Shown here piece by piece: positions 51,553 through 61,744 of a stretch of DNA of 64,000 nucleotides; within the stretch, counting starts at the first letter, position 1, and each line of letters starts with the position of its first letter. The notes beneath the pieces are model-generated. The model made no database searches. It saw only the letters and a program-made list of their open reading frames with translations, and was not told the DNA's origin. A program made the translations under genes and the position numbers. Origin of the DNA: Candidatus Eiseniibacteriota bacterium (GTDB taxonomy: Bacteria; Eisenbacteria; RBG-16-71-46); assembly GCA_044222065.1 (NCBI GenBank), contig JBGAOA010000017.1:1-64000 (forward strand), read 5' to 3'.

Positions 51553-52499
51553 TCCGCGCCTGGATCGCGAAGGCTTCGGGATGCCGCGCCGCGGAGGCGG
51601 CGGAAGCGCTCGCGGCGCATCGCGGCGGGGCCGCGGTGTGGATCGACCTCGACTGCGAGGACGAAGCGGCCGCGCGCGGCGTGCTCGAACCGCTCGGCGT
51701 GCACCCGCTCGTGCTCGAGGACATGGTGCTCCAGAGCAACCGGCCCAAGGTGGACAACTACGGCTCGTACCTCTACCTGGTCGTCCACACCGCGCGCTGG
51801 GAGGCCGAGCGCCCCGCGCTCAGGGAGCTGGACCTGGTCATCGGCGAACGCTTCATCGTCACCTACCACGACGGCGAGACGCGCTCCGTCGCGGCCGCGC
51901 GTGAAGTCGTCGCGCGCCGCGCCGAACTGCTGTGGCCGCACCCCGCGAACCTGCTGCACTTCCTGCTCGACGTGCTCGTCGACAACTACCTGCCGATCGC
52001 CGAGCGCATGGCGGACGAACTCGACAAGATCGAGGAGCACCTGCTGGGCGAATCCGAGGGCGATGCGCAGCGGCACGTGCTGCGGCTCAAGCGCGCGATC
52101 GCCTCCCTGCGGCGCATCGTCGGCCCGCAGCGCGACACGGTGCTGGCTCTGACGCGCGACGAGTTCCAGCCGATCCCGGCCGAGATCCGGCCCTACCTGC
52201 GAGACGTCTACGACCGGCTCGCTCGCGTCGGCGACCTGCTGGAATCGTTCCGCGACGAGACCGCCTCGCTGCTCGAACTGCACGTCTCGATCACGTCGAA
52301 TCGCCTGAACGAGGTGATCAAGCGGCTCACGGTGATCGCGACGATCGGGCTGCCGCTCACGGTCGTCACGAGCTACTACGGCATGAACTTCCGTCTGCCG
52401 GAGTACGAGTGGGCGCACTCGGAGTGGTTCGCGGTCGCCCTGCTCGTGGCGACGGGGGCGGCGACCTGGGGATTCCTACGCTGGAAGAAGTGGCTGTAG
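51549..52499 (+). CDS. corA: CorA-family Mg2+/Co2+ transporter
   Basis: WIDL, HPL..ED, RPKVD.Y, YLRDVYD, YGMNF signature. Confidence 0.93.
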   Translation: MIRAWIAKASGCRAAEAAEALAAHRGGAAVWIDLDCEDEAAARGVLEPLGVHPLVLEDMVLQSNRPKVDNYGSYLYLVVHTARWEAERPALRELDLVIGERFIVTYHDGETRSVAAAREVVARRAELLWPHPANLLHFLLDVLVDNYLPIAERMADELDKIEEHLLGESEGDAQRHVLRLKRAIASLRRIVGPQRDTVLALTRDEFQPIPAEIRPYLRDVYDRLARVGDLLESFRDETASLLELHVSITSNRLNEVIKRLTVIATIGLPLTVVTSYYGMNFRLPEYEWAHSEWFAVALLVATGAATWGFLRWKKWL

Positions 52500-52502
52500 G
52501 AA

Positions 52503-52768
52503 TGCGGAGAAGGTCGCTCACCGCGTCGCGTCTTGGACTGCCTTAGTGGAGGAGGGGGCGACACTCCACGACACGCATGACGTCATCACCCTCGGGCGGG
52601 GCGATTCACGTGTCTTGCGACTTTCCTCCCCGCGAGGCCCTCGCGTCGTCCGGCTCACCTCGCTCGTGAAAATCCGAACGTCGCTCGGAACGGGCCACGT
52701 GCAGCGTACGCGACCCCGGGGTTGGGAAACGAAAGCTCCCTGCCAAGGAGATCTTTCTGCCCAGCCGC
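52503..52768 (-). ncRNA. Candidate unannotated structured ncRNA (~265 nt)
   Basis: Own promoter-like element TTGACA-N17-GACACT; at least eight helices, with G-U pairs favouring the minus strand; no credible ORF. Confidence 0.55.
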
Positions 52769-52774
52769 AACGGG

Positions 52775-52803
52775 AGTGTCGTGCCGGGTCCGAGGCCTGT
52801 CAA
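52775..52803 (-). promoter_or_regulatory. sigma70-type promoter for candidate ncRNA
   Basis: TTGACA (52798-803)-N17-GACACT (52775-80). Confidence 0.6.
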
Positions 52804-52831
52804 GACTCGTTCGTCCGAAGCTCGCGCGCTG

Positions 52832-54013
52832 CTAGAACTCCTGCCACAGCGTGCGCATCTCGGGGTCCTTCGGACCGCCGATCACTTCGAGCTTCGCGTC
52901 GTCGTAGTGGACGACTCCCGTCGCGGGCGCGTCGTACGCGAGCCAGACCCACACCATGTAGGTGTCGGGCGGCACGTCCATCTCGAGGGTCGTCTTCGAC
53001 CAGCCGGTCGTCGCTCCGAACTGTTCGCCCTGCGGCACCTGCGCGACGCCGCGCGGCGTGTGGCAGTAGATCTTCGTGTACGTGCTGCTGCGAAGACTGT
53101 CGGTGCGAACCCACGCGGTAAGACGCACGCGCTTGCCGGCGAGCGCGCGGTTCGCGATTCCCTGGCAGATGCCGGTGCGCGACGTCACGTAATCGCCCGC
53201 GCCGCTCTCCATGCGAACGGACTTGCGCCCGTCGTGCGCCGCGGTCGAATCGGACTCGATGCGCATTCCCGGATACGGCGCCATCGAGATCTCCCAGCCC
53301 TGCGTGCCGGATTCGAACCCGCCGTTCGCGAGCAGGTTCTCGCCCGCCCTCGGCGCCTTCGCGGGCCGGGCGGGTTCGAGCGTCACCGAGGCATCGTCGA
53401 GCAGCACCTGGCCGGTGCCGAAGAGGCCGACGCGCACGAACACGACGTTCGTGGTCGGCGGGATGAAGATGCGGACCTCGCGCCGCACCCAGTCGGTTTC
53501 CTGCTCGTCGAACGTGCGGCGTTCCCAGCCGAGCAGCATCGCCGGGTCGGCGCGGCCGGGCAGTCGCAGCAGGTTTGCCGCGCTGTCGCGCGGCACGTTC
53601 CACGTGCCGGCCATCTTGGAGATCGTGTCGCGGTAGGCCTGGGCAAGCAGGTACGCGCGGCCCGTGAGGCCGTTGCTTCGCGTCCACACCGAGAACACGA
53701 GGTCCTTGCCCCACATCTCGCGCGTGACGAGCAGGCGCTGGCTCCAGTTGTGCGCCATATAGAGGAGCGTGCTCACGTTCGCGACGTCGGCGCTGTAACG
53801 CCCGCCGTGCGCGAGCAGCGTGTCACGGCCGAAGAACACGGACGGCAGTCCGGACACCGAGGTGTCCCACGACGCGGGCATCCAGGGATGACCGACCACG
53901 CCGTCTTCGAATCCCGGGTTCGCGAGCAGGTTCCGCGGCGGGGCCGCCGAAGCGGGAAGGGCGAAGCACGCGAGTGCGCACAGCAGCACGAATCGAAGCC
54001 GCAGCAAGGTCAT
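52832..54013 (-). CDS. Secreted protein with two tandem CBM4/9-like (galactose-binding-like) domains
   Basis: Signal peptide; repeated NLLAN(P/G)GFE...W...AH.G..S...W...G.V..DDA units. Confidence 0.7.
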   Translation of the reverse strand: MTLLRLRFVLLCALACFALPASAAPPRNLLANPGFEDGVVGHPWMPASWDTSVSGLPSVFFGRDTLLAHGGRYSADVANVSTLLYMAHNWSQRLLVTREMWGKDLVFSVWTRSNGLTGRAYLLAQAYRDTISKMAGTWNVPRDSAANLLRLPGRADPAMLLGWERRTFDEQETDWVRREVRIFIPPTTNVVFVRVGLFGTGQVLLDDASVTLEPARPAKAPRAGENLLANGGFESGTQGWEISMAPYPGMRIESDSTAAHDGRKSVRMESGAGDYVTSRTGICQGIANRALAGKRVRLTAWVRTDSLRSSTYTKIYCHTPRGVAQVPQGEQFGATTGWSKTTLEMDVPPDTYMVWVWLAYDAPATGVVHYDDAKLEVIGGPKDPEMRTLWQEF

Positions 54014-54064
54014 GCAGGTCCTCGGAAGGTCGTCGGAGGCTCGACAACGTACAGGGGGGCGGTG

Positions 54065-54094
54065 ATTATCCGGAGCCGCGCGCGCGAGGGTCAA
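54065..54094 (-). promoter_or_regulatory. Putative promoter
   Basis: TTGACC-N18-GATAAT. Confidence 0.45.
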
Positions 54095-54176
54095 GCGCGA
54101 ACGCGTGCAGCGACGCCGCGTGGCGCCGCGATCCGGTTCAGACTTGGCAAATCCTCGTGCGGCGAACGGAGGCTCC

Positions 54177-55016
54177 CTGTCCGACTGGCTCTTCACCTCC
54201 GACCTCCACGGGCAGACGGCGCTCTACGAACAGCTGCTCGCGCTCGTCGCGACGCGCAGGCCGCGCGCGCTGATCCTCGGCGGAGACCTCGCGCCGCACG
54301 AATCGGGTCCGGCCGGCGTGCGACGGCAGGCCGTGTTCTTCGACGGGTTCCTCGTCGAGTTCGCTCGCCGCGTGCGCGAGGCGTCGAGGGACACCGCGCT
54401 CGCGCTGCTGATGGGGAACGACGACTGGGCGGCGAACGAGCCGCGGCTCGCGGACGCGCCGGACGGATTGTGGCGCTACCTGCACGACCGCGTGATCGAG
54501 ATCGACGGCGTGACGGTTGCGGGGACCTCGTGGGTGCCCATCACGCCGTTCGGCATGAAGGACTGGGAGCGCTGGGAGGACGGCGGCGACGAGTCGCCGC
54601 CGCGGCTCGCCGGCTGGCGCAGCGGGCCCGAAGGCCTGCGCGAGTTCGCGTTCGACCCCGCGTCGAAGTCGCCGACGATCGCCGAGGCGCTCGAGCCGCT
54701 CGGCCGCGCGCTCGAGCGCGCGCCGCGGGCGATCGTCGTGTCGCACGGACCGCCGCTCGGCACGCAGTGCGATGTCGTCGGGTCGGGAACGCACGTCGGC
54801 TCGCGTGCGCTGCGGCGCTTCGTCGAGCGCCACGCGCCGGCGCTCGTCCTGAGCGGGCACATCCACGAATCACCGCGCGTCACGAACGCATTCCGCGATC
54901 GCATCGGCGACACCGCGATCGTGAACCCGGGGCAGTTCGGGACGTCGCGGCTGTGCGCCGTGTGGTTCGATCCGCGCGACGCCGCCGGCACGCTGCGCCA
55001 CACGGTGTGGGGCTGA
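54177..55016 (+). CDS. Metallophosphoesterase (start CTG 54177 or TTG 54144)
   Basis: SDLHG, GGDL, GNDD, SHGPP, GHIHE, NPG. Confidence 0.88.
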   Translation: MSDWLFTSDLHGQTALYEQLLALVATRRPRALILGGDLAPHESGPAGVRRQAVFFDGFLVEFARRVREASRDTALALLMGNDDWAANEPRLADAPDGLWRYLHDRVIEIDGVTVAGTSWVPITPFGMKDWERWEDGGDESPPRLAGWRSGPEGLREFAFDPASKSPTIAEALEPLGRALERAPRAIVVSHGPPLGTQCDVVGSGTHVGSRALRRFVERHAPALVLSGHIHESPRVTNAFRDRIGDTAIVNPGQFGTSRLCAVWFDPRDAAGTLRHTVWG

Positions 55017-55101
55017 GGGGCCGCGCGGCGCACGGCGTTCGGGCTATGCTCCGCGCGCCGCGGGTGTGCGACCCGCGCGAGCGAGGGAGGCGAGACCATC
55101 C

Positions 55102-55704
55102 ATGGCGAGTGAACTGCTGCGACCCCACGTGATCGGCGTCGTGGACACCGAGACGACGGGCATGAGCCCGGCGAACGGCGCGGCGCTCGTCGAGGTCGCG
55201 CACGTCGAAGTGCGCGCCGGCGAACTCGCCGACGCGTGGTCGTCGCTCGTGAAGCCGGGCCGGCCGATCCCGCCCGATGCGACCGCCGTGCACGGCATCA
55301 CCGACGCGATGGTGGCCGACGCTCCTGCGCCGGCGGCGGTCGCGCAGCGGCTTCGCGCGGCGTGCGGCGATCGCGCGCTCGTGTTCCACAACGCGCCTTT
55401 CGACCTGCCGTTCCTGATCGCGTTGTTCCGCGAGGCCGGCGAACCGCCGCTGCTCAATCCGATCGTGGACACGCTCGGGCTCGCGCGCGGGCTGTTCGGC
55501 ACCGGTAGCAACGCGCTCGGCGCGCTCGCCACGCGTCTCGGCCTGCCGAAAGAGACCGCACACCGCGCTCTCGGGGACGCGCGCACGACCGCGCGGCTGT
55601 TCCTCACGCTCGCGGAGCGCTGGGAGCGCGAGAAGGGCGTGCGCTCGCTCGCGGAACTGGCGGCCGCGAGCCAGGACGTGATGCGGCTGACCGCGCGACG
55701 CTGA
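55102..55704 (+). CDS. DEDDh 3'-5' exonuclease (DnaQ-like)
   Basis: VDTETTG, VHGIT, HNAPFD, DTL, HRALGDA. Confidence 0.92.
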   Translation: MASELLRPHVIGVVDTETTGMSPANGAALVEVAHVEVRAGELADAWSSLVKPGRPIPPDATAVHGITDAMVADAPAPAAVAQRLRAACGDRALVFHNAPFDLPFLIALFREAGEPPLLNPIVDTLGLARGLFGTGSNALGALATRLGLPKETAHRALGDARTTARLFLTLAERWEREKGVRSLAELAAASQDVMRLTARR

Positions 55705-55788
55705 CGCGCGCGCGGGTTTGACACGAGCGCGCGTCGGCGCGATAGATCGCGCGCCTTCGAATCCGCGTGCCGCCCCCGGGAGACCTCG

Positions 55789-56262
55789 ATGCCGCTGCCT
55801 GCCGTTGGTGATCCCGCGCCGGACTTCCGACTCAAGGGTCCGGGCGGTCAGTTCGTTTCGCTGTCGGAATACGCCGGCCGCCGGCCGGTCGTGCTCATCT
55901 TCTACCCGCTCGCCTTCTCGCCGACCTGCGCGCACCAGCTCCCGCAGGTGCAGCAGGACCTGCCGCGCTTCGAAGCCACCGGCGCCGAAGTGCTCGGAGT
56001 CAGCGTGGACAGTCACTGGGCGAACGAGGCGTTCGCGCGATCGCTCGGCCTGTCGTTCCCGCTGCTCTCGGACTTCAAGCGCGAGGCGATGCGTGCGTAC
56101 GGCGTGCTCCTCTCGGAGGCGGGCTACAGCGGCCGCGCGCTGTTCGTGATCGGACGGGACGGCCGGATCGCTTATCACGAGGTCGCGGACAACCCGGGCG
56201 CGATCGACCAGATCCCGAGCAACGAGCGCGCGCTCTCGGCGCTCCAGTCGCTCGCGGGCTGA
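55789..56262 (+). CDS. 1-Cys peroxiredoxin (AhpE-like)
   Basis: VGDPAPDF, FYPLAFSPTC, GVSVDS, FPLLSDF, RALFVI. Confidence 0.9.
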   Translation: MPLPAVGDPAPDFRLKGPGGQFVSLSEYAGRRPVVLIFYPLAFSPTCAHQLPQVQQDLPRFEATGAEVLGVSVDSHWANEAFARSLGLSFPLLSDFKREAMRAYGVLLSEAGYSGRALFVIGRDGRIAYHEVADNPGAIDQIPSNERALSALQSLAG

Positions 56263-56275
56263 CGCGGCGGCGCCG

Positions 56276-57229
56276 TTGCCGCGAACTTCCCGCGCGTCCG
56301 CCGGCGCGGCCGGGCCGGAACTCGCCCGCGCCGTAGGCCGTTCGCGCGCGATGGCGCGCGTGCTCGAAACCGTGGCGCACGTCGCTCCGGGCCGAGCGCC
56401 GGTTCTGATCGAAGGCGAGCGCGGCGTCGGCAAGCGCTGGCTCGCGGTCGCGCTCCACGCCGGGAGCCCTCGCGCTCCGCGGCCGTTCGTCGCGTGCGGC
56501 GGGGAAGGCCTGCCCGAAACGGAACTCGAGAGGGAACTGTTCGGCGATCGCGACCAGTCCGGAGCGATCGAATCGGCCGAAGGCGGAACGCTGCTGGTGG
56601 AGGAGGTCGGGGCGCTGACGCCCGCACTCCAGGCGCGGCTGCTGCGGTTGTCGAGCGACCGCGAGTTCGAACGCGCCGGCGAGTCGGCGCCGCGCCGCGC
56701 CGACGTGCGGCTGCTCGCTTCGTCGTCGTCGCCGCTCGAGCCGGCGGTCGCCGCCGGCCGGTTCCGCGACGACCTCTTCCAGCGCCTCGCGGCGGTGCGC
56801 GTCCGCGTGCCCGCCTTGCGCGAGCGCGCCGAAGACCTGCCGCTGCTCGTGCACGCGCTCCTCGAGGAGATCGGACGCGTCCATCGCCGCACGGGCCGCA
56901 CGCTCACACCCGGCGCGCTCGAAGCGCTCGCGCAGCACGGGTGGCCGGGCAATGTGCGCGAGCTGCGGGGCGTGCTCGAAGGTATGATCGTGTTCGCGGG
57001 ACGCCGGCGCGTGCTCGAACTCGGCGACCTGCCGCCGTCGCTGCGCGCGGTCGGCGGCGAGGCCGGGCGCGTGGACGTGCGCGTCGGCATGACCGTCGAG
57101 GAAGCCGAGCGGCAGCTGATCCTCGCGACGCTCCAGCGGGCCGGCCAGGACAAGCCGCGCGCGGCCGCAATGCTCGGGATCGGGCTTCGCACCCTGTACC
57201 GAAAGCTGCGCCTCTACCACGTCGGTTGA
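56276..57229 (+). CDS. Degenerate NtrC-type AAA+/Fis-HTH regulator
   Basis: GERGVGK, GRFRDDLFQRL, WPGNVREL, C-terminal HTH; GAFTGA loop absent; start uncertain (TTG 56276 or ATG 56351). Confidence 0.8.
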   Translation: MPRTSRASAGAAGPELARAVGRSRAMARVLETVAHVAPGRAPVLIEGERGVGKRWLAVALHAGSPRAPRPFVACGGEGLPETELERELFGDRDQSGAIESAEGGTLLVEEVGALTPALQARLLRLSSDREFERAGESAPRRADVRLLASSSSPLEPAVAAGRFRDDLFQRLAAVRVRVPALRERAEDLPLLVHALLEEIGRVHRRTGRTLTPGALEALAQHGWPGNVRELRGVLEGMIVFAGRRRVLELGDLPPSLRAVGGEAGRVDVRVGMTVEEAERQLILATLQRAGQDKPRAAAMLGIGLRTLYRKLRLYHVG

Positions 57230-57336
57230 GCGCCGGCCGCTCCGGCGGCGTCGGGCGAGCCCGCGCGGCCTTCGGCCTCAACCCGGGCCGGGGACCGGCC
57301 GATGATGCACGCGAACCCCCACGGCCCGAGGAGAGC

Positions 57337-58347
57337 ATGGCGCTGCCGCTTCCCGAAGACGACAATTCGTCCGATCGTCCCGACTGGCTCGTCGGCGCCG
57401 ACGAGGGCCTCGACGCGGAACTCCAGCGCAAGGCCCGCGAAGCCGCGGGGCCACCGCCCGAGATCAAGCTCGTGCGGCCGCAGCTGGACACGACCGGCGG
57501 CTCGAAGGCCGAGGCGCCGAGCGCTCCGACTCCCGCGCCGGCCCTGTCGCGTCCGGCGAGCGATGCTTCCGGGGATCCGCTCGAGCTGACGATGGACCCC
57601 GCGAGCGACGCCGGGACCGGCGGAGCGGAAGCGCCGCGACTCGTCGCGGGCTCGAAGCCGCGCCCGGAGAAGCCGGCCGCGCCCCCGAAGCCCGTCGCGT
57701 GGTCCGCCGCCGCGAGCAGCGTTCCCACGCTGCGCGGCAAGCAGGCGCGCCCGCCGCTGCCCCAGGCTCCCGCGCGCGACTCGGACGGCGACGACGACTT
57801 CGCGCCGCGCCCCGCGCCCGCGCGGCCGCGCGCGATGGACGACGAGCCGCCGGCGCGTTCGCGCGAGCCGATCGAACGCGCCCCGCTCGAAGCCGACGAC
57901 GACGCGTTCCTCGACAACGATCACGATGTCGCGCGCGTCGCGGCGCAGGCGGCGCGCGTCGCCGCCCCGCGCGAGGCGTGGTGGATCGTCGCCGCGGACG
58001 CGCTCCGCACGGACCGCAAGCTGCAGTTCTTGATTGCGCTCCTCGTCGTCGCGTTCGTGACGTACGCCGCGTGGCCGCGCGGCGAGAAGACGCTCGCGAT
58101 CGGAAAGCTCGTGCGCAACGCGGACACGTTCGACGGCCAGCGCGTGTACGTGCGCGGCAAGGTCGGCCAGGTCTTCAGCCTCGGCGGCGGATACGCCTAC
58201 TACCTGCACCAGGGCCGCGACACGATCGTCGTGTTCACCCGCGGCGCGCGCCCCGAATGGCGCTCGACCGCGAAGGTGCACGGCATGGTCTCGACGGGCT
58301 CGCTCGACGGCGTCGCGCGCCCGGCGATCTTCGCCGACCCCGACTGA
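57337..58347 (+). CDS. Hypothetical membrane protein (Pro/Ala-rich N-terminus, one TM helix, OB-fold-like C-terminus)
   Basis: GAGGAG RBS; FDGQRVYVRGKV...YYL.QG..TIVV..V.G.V. Confidence 0.65.
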   Translation: MALPLPEDDNSSDRPDWLVGADEGLDAELQRKAREAAGPPPEIKLVRPQLDTTGGSKAEAPSAPTPAPALSRPASDASGDPLELTMDPASDAGTGGAEAPRLVAGSKPRPEKPAAPPKPVAWSAAASSVPTLRGKQARPPLPQAPARDSDGDDDFAPRPAPARPRAMDDEPPARSREPIERAPLEADDDAFLDNDHDVARVAAQAARVAAPREAWWIVAADALRTDRKLQFLIALLVVAFVTYAAWPRGEKTLAIGKLVRNADTFDGQRVYVRGKVGQVFSLGGGYAYYLHQGRDTIVVFTRGARPEWRSTAKVHGMVSTGSLDGVARPAIFADPD

Positions 58348-58359
58348 CGTTCCGCGCTC

Positions 58360-58394
58360 ACGCGGCCCCGGGCGCTCTCCGCCCGGGGCCGCGT
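58360..58394 (+). terminator. GC-rich hairpin
   Basis: 15-bp stem ACGCGGCCCCGGGCG/CGCCCGGGGCCGCGT. Confidence 0.6.
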
Positions 58395-58669
58395 CGCTTC
58401 TGGCGGCTGGACGGCGAGCCGCCAGTCCCCGCTTGTCATTCCGGCAGAGCGTTTCAGATCGAAGCCCGAGCCCCGTTCCAATCTGCTCCTGTAATTCATT
58501 GAGCCGCAAAAACCTCTGAGATCGCCCCGCGCGCGCTTGCGCGTCCTCCGAGCGCTGCACTAGTTTCCCGCGCATTCGCGGTCTGCAGGGCGTGAGCGCC
58601 TCGCGATGGGGTGCGAGCTCCGGGCCGCAGTTCCCAACCACCACTCAACCGTTTCATTGGGGGTTCGCC

Positions 58670-58963
58670 ATGAACGTCCGTCCTCTCGCCGACCGCATCC
58701 TGGTCCGCCGCATCGAGGAGAAGGAGACCGTCCGGGGCGGGATCATCATTCCCGACACCGCGAAGGAGAAGCCCATGGAGGCCGAAGTCGTCGCGATCGG
58801 CCCCGGCCGCGTGACCGAAGACGGCAAGCGCGTCGCGATGGAAGTGAAGAAGGGCGACCGCGTGCTCATCGGCAAGTACAGCGGCAGCGACGTGAAGATC
58901 GACGGCACCGAGTACGTCATCCTCCGCGAAGACGACGTCCTCGGGATCCTCGGCGACAAGTAA
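58670..58963 (+). CDS. groES: Co-chaperonin
   Basis: [30 protein letters not shown]. Confidence 0.98.
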   Translation: MNVRPLADRILVRRIEEKETVRGGIIIPDTAKEKPMEAEVVAIGPGRVTEDGKRVAMEVKKGDRVLIGKYSGSDVKIDGTEYVILREDDVLGILGDK

Positions 58964-59007
58964 TCGAATCCACGCCCCGCGCCGCGGGGCTCTTCCTTCG
59001 GAGGTAA

Positions 59008-60660
<1,653 letters not shown>

Positions 60661-60730
60661 AAGGCGTTGTTGCACAGAGGCCGACGAGGTGGGAGTACAC
60701 CTGCCGCCACCGCCGTCAGGCGGTGCGAAC

Positions 60731-60960
60731 GGGACCGTCAGAATTTCTGTGTACGGGCGATGGGTTGAACATCGTCGGCTCAGGCGACCTGGAGGCGTTC
60801 GTCGAACAGGATCGCGAATTGTGCCCTGGCCATGGACCATTCCCGGGGCGGCATTCTCCACTCCTGTTCGGCCAGGTTCAAGACCAGGACCAAGAGCTTC
60901 AGCGCGGCATCGTTGGTCGGGAAGTGACCGCGCATTCTGACGGCGCGCCGAAGCTGGTTC
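60731..60960 (-). pseudogene. IS256-family remnant (terminal repeat + C-terminal transposase fragment)
   Basis: GGGACCGTCAGAATTTCTGTGT end at 60731; LRRAVRMRGHFPTNDAALKL...W...PREW..A..QFAILFDER. Confidence 0.8.
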
Positions 60961-61013
60961 GGTTGGCAGAAACGGGCAGGAATCCCCGTTAACACGTCCT
61001 GTGCTAAGCTAGA

Positions 61014-61634
61014 TTATCGGCTCAGCCGCTGCAGCAGCTTCCGTCCGTCTTCGCGCAGCTCACCGGTGGGCCCGACATGTCGGTAGAGCGTCTGCCGGGT
61101 GACGCCGATCTCGCGGCATAGATCGCCGACGTTGGTCTCCTGGTCGGCCATAGCGGCGCAGGCGAGGCGGAGCTTGGCCGGAGTCACTTTGTAGGGCCGC
61201 CCGCCTCGGCGGCCGCGAGCCCTGGCGGCCAGGAGGCCGGCCTTGGTGCGCTCGACAATGAGTTCCCGCTCGAACTCCGCGAGCGCCGCGAAGATGCCGA
61301 ACACCAGCTTGCCCGAGGCCGTCGTGGTGTCGATGGCAGCCCCGTGCCCGGTCAGGATCTTCAGGCCGACGCCGCGCTCGGTGAGGTCGTGGACCAAGTT
61401 CACGAGATGCCGGAGGTCGCGGCCGAGCCGGTCGAGCTTCCATGCCGCCAGCACGTCGCCGCGCCGCAGGGCCTTGAGCGCGGCGGCCAAGCCCGGGCGG
61501 TCGTCGCGCTTGCCCGAGGTGAGATCCTGGTAGAGCTGGTCGGCCTCGACGCCGGCCGCGAGCAGCGCGTCGCGCTGCAGGTCGACGACCTGCGAGCCGT
61601 CGGCCTTCGAGATGCGCATGTAGCCAATCAGCAT
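61014..61634 (-). CDS. Serine resolvase, Tn5053 TniR-like
   Basis: MLIGYMRISKADGSQ..DLQRDAL, WKLDRLGRD, GKLVFGIFAALAEFERE, C-terminal HTH. Confidence 0.93.
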   Translation of the reverse strand: MLIGYMRISKADGSQVVDLQRDALLAAGVEADQLYQDLTSGKRDDRPGLAAALKALRRGDVLAAWKLDRLGRDLRHLVNLVHDLTERGVGLKILTGHGAAIDTTTASGKLVFGIFAALAEFERELIVERTKAGLLAARARGRRGGRPYKVTPAKLRLACAAMADQETNVGDLCREIGVTRQTLYRHVGPTGELREDGRKLLQRLSR

Positions 61635-61722
61635 GTTACGCAGACGAGCGTTTGGGTGACAGAACGAGCGACGGCCTCAGCCGAGCTGCCGAGCGTCATT
61701 TAACGAGTAGCATTATCTACGC
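61635..61722. other. Putative res site
   Basis: Imperfect inverted repeats GTTACG..N..GTGAC and CGTCAT..N..CTACG directly upstream of the resolvase. Confidence 0.45.
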
Positions 61723-61744
61723 TCTGCAAACCTGCCAATCTCTA

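Noticed and set aside
52543..52560. tmRNA-like 3' end (CCCCCTCCTCCACTA, minus strand)
   Set aside because: No T-arm GTTCGA, no CCA end and no matching 5' acceptor strand.
52619..52656. RNase P (GAGGAAAGUC) or group II intron domain V (GAGCCG...GAAAGUCGC) identity for the candidate RNA
   Set aside because: The RNase P partner strand (ACAGAA...GGCUUA) and the DV closing CGGUUC are missing; similarity is only local.
52666..52770. Cobalamin or M-box riboswitch on the plus strand
   Set aside because: Motif order does not fit, and no same-strand gene lies downstream.
52546..53121. Small ORFs 52546-53121 (+) and 52606-52803 (-)
   Set aside because: No convincing RBS, atypical codon use and no recognisable motifs; the TTG start of the second is the -35 hexamer.
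55921..55935. Selenocysteine in the peroxiredoxin
   Set aside because: The peroxidatic codon is TGC (Cys); there is no in-frame TGA.
58593..58617. CIRCE element before groES
   Set aside because: Too many mismatches and wrong spacing; fits an RNA hairpin better.
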